A DNA stretch of 64,000 nucleotides, from contig CM119270.1 in the NCBI GenBank assembly GCA_051294375.1, positions 8,228,839-8,292,838 on the forward strand, written 5' to 3'. The first letter of the stretch is position 1. Each line of letters starts with the position of its first letter. Positions 62,508 through 64,000 of this stretch are shown one piece after another. The DNA comes from Paraspadella gotoi. Lineage: Eukaryota; Animalia; Chaetognatha. Made by a program: the position numbers and the translations under genes. The notes below the pieces were generated by a model. It was not told where the DNA came from, did no database searches, and worked only from the letters and a program-made list of their open reading frames with translations.

Positions 62508-63946
62508 CACGGTAGGGCAGAGAGGATGTGAAAGAAACAAAAAGGTGCCATCTCTGAAACCTATAAAATCTTAAAGTATACCCATGAGATACTTAATGTG
62601 GTAGGTCAGTAAAATTCGATAAAGGCGGGATTTTTTTTAAATGCTGATTAAAGTTTTTAAAATTTTTTTATAAAAATTTTTAAATACTTTAGTGAATATG
62701 CTTACAATTTGAATGTTTATATATTTATCATTATCTACAAAGTATAAACTTTAATTTAAGACCTTTCCCAACTTTCTATTACTTTTCGTTATTGAAATAA
62801 AATAATTTTTTTTTTTCAAAAAGATTAATCAATTAGTACCTCTGAAAAGATTATTTCTTAAAAATAATAATACAAATATATTTTCAAAATGCAGTTCTAC
62901 TTACTAAGCTTCAAAATAAGTTTTTTTTAAATTAATAATAATTTTAATATAAAAAATTTTAAAAATTAAAAAAAGATTAAAACATACACTAATTAAGTAT
63001 TAAAAGTTAAAGCATTATGTTTGTTAATATTTTTATACATTAATAATATATATCAAATATTGAGTGAGCTATTATTATAATATAATTTTATAAATAATTT
63101 TTTTTGATAAGTAATAAACATATAATTACTTTTAAAAGCTGGATATGATTTTTAATTAAAGTGCTCAGCTAATATTTATCTATTATTTTATTTGAGATTA
63201 AGTTTTAATTAAATATTAAATAAAATTAATTATCTGTAGTGAAGATTGGGAGAAAGAATTCAGTAATTTACAAAAATGTAAATAATATTTCTCTCGGCCT
63301 AAAATTCCATTCTCGTTTACATTCTGACTTTGATAAACAAAGTAGTTCATATAAAAGTCATTGTTATTTTATTCTCGCCCTCATTATTATTATTTCTTCC
63401 CCTTCGATGTTTCACTAAATAAATTCTCCTTCAATTTCACCTTGGTGTTGAATTATTTTTTATTAAAAATACTATCCTCCACTCTGTATTATTATTTTTT
63501 TATATTATATATATATTATATTAATTTTTTTTTAAATTTGTTTTAAGGCCTAATAAGTAGAACTGGCAATTTTGCGAATATATTTATACTTTTACTTTTA
63601 AAAAATAATCTGTTTGAAAGAACTGATTGATTAATAATTTGAAAAAAAATTTTACTATAATTCAATAACGAAAAGTAATAGAAAGTTGGGAGAGGTCTCA
63701 AATTAAAGCTTATGCTCTGTAGATAATGATCAATGTATAGACATTAAAATTGTAAGCATATTCACTTTACTTAAAAATTGTTATAAAAAATTTTCAAAAA
63801 CTTTAATTAGCATTTAAAAAAAAACCTGCCTTTATCGAATTTTACTGACCTACCACATTAAGTATCTCATGGGTATTTATAGGGATTTTATAGGTTTCAG
63901 AGATGGCACTTTTTTGTTTCTTTCACATCCTCTCTTCCCTACCGTG
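62508..63946. mobile_element. Non-autonomous DNA transposon with long TIRs (CACGGTAGGG...CCCTACCGTG)
   Basis: About 200-bp inverted repeats (62508-~62710 / ~63745-63946) enclose a very AT-rich interior. No TSD is visible. Confidence 0.85.
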
Positions 63947-64000
63947 GGGTGACTCAGCGCGAGAAAGAATTAAGCCTCCGTCAGGATCGGGATCAACAGA

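Overview
AT-rich eukaryotic DNA, probably from an invertebrate animal, with spliceosomal introns, (AG)n/(CGT)n microsatellites, five N-gaps and signs of homopolymer-indel errors. No prokaryotic features are present. Manual splicing gives seven genes: an ABHD6-like alpha/beta hydrolase (-), a signal-peptide Gly/Ser- and Cys-rich protein, a 15-exon multipass membrane protein (possibly a divergent XK-related protein), a type-2 cystatin (-), an SLC5 Na+/solute symporter with a 3.5-kb G-rich minisatellite at a GC 5' splice site, SoxC, and a two-domain Ly6/uPAR-like GPI protein. Two tandem duplications (~7 kb and ~3.9 kb) are probably assembly artefacts. Several MITE, foldback and HINE-like repeats are also present. 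The main finding is two distinct families of ~230-250 bp interspersed elements. Each joins a tRNA-like Pol III promoter to a circularly permuted (type-P5) twister self-cleaving ribozyme. The stems differ in sequence between the families yet still pair, and P1 is reduced to a short palindrome. These are candidate twister-based SINE/retrozyme elements. All calls are by eye and no database search was run.
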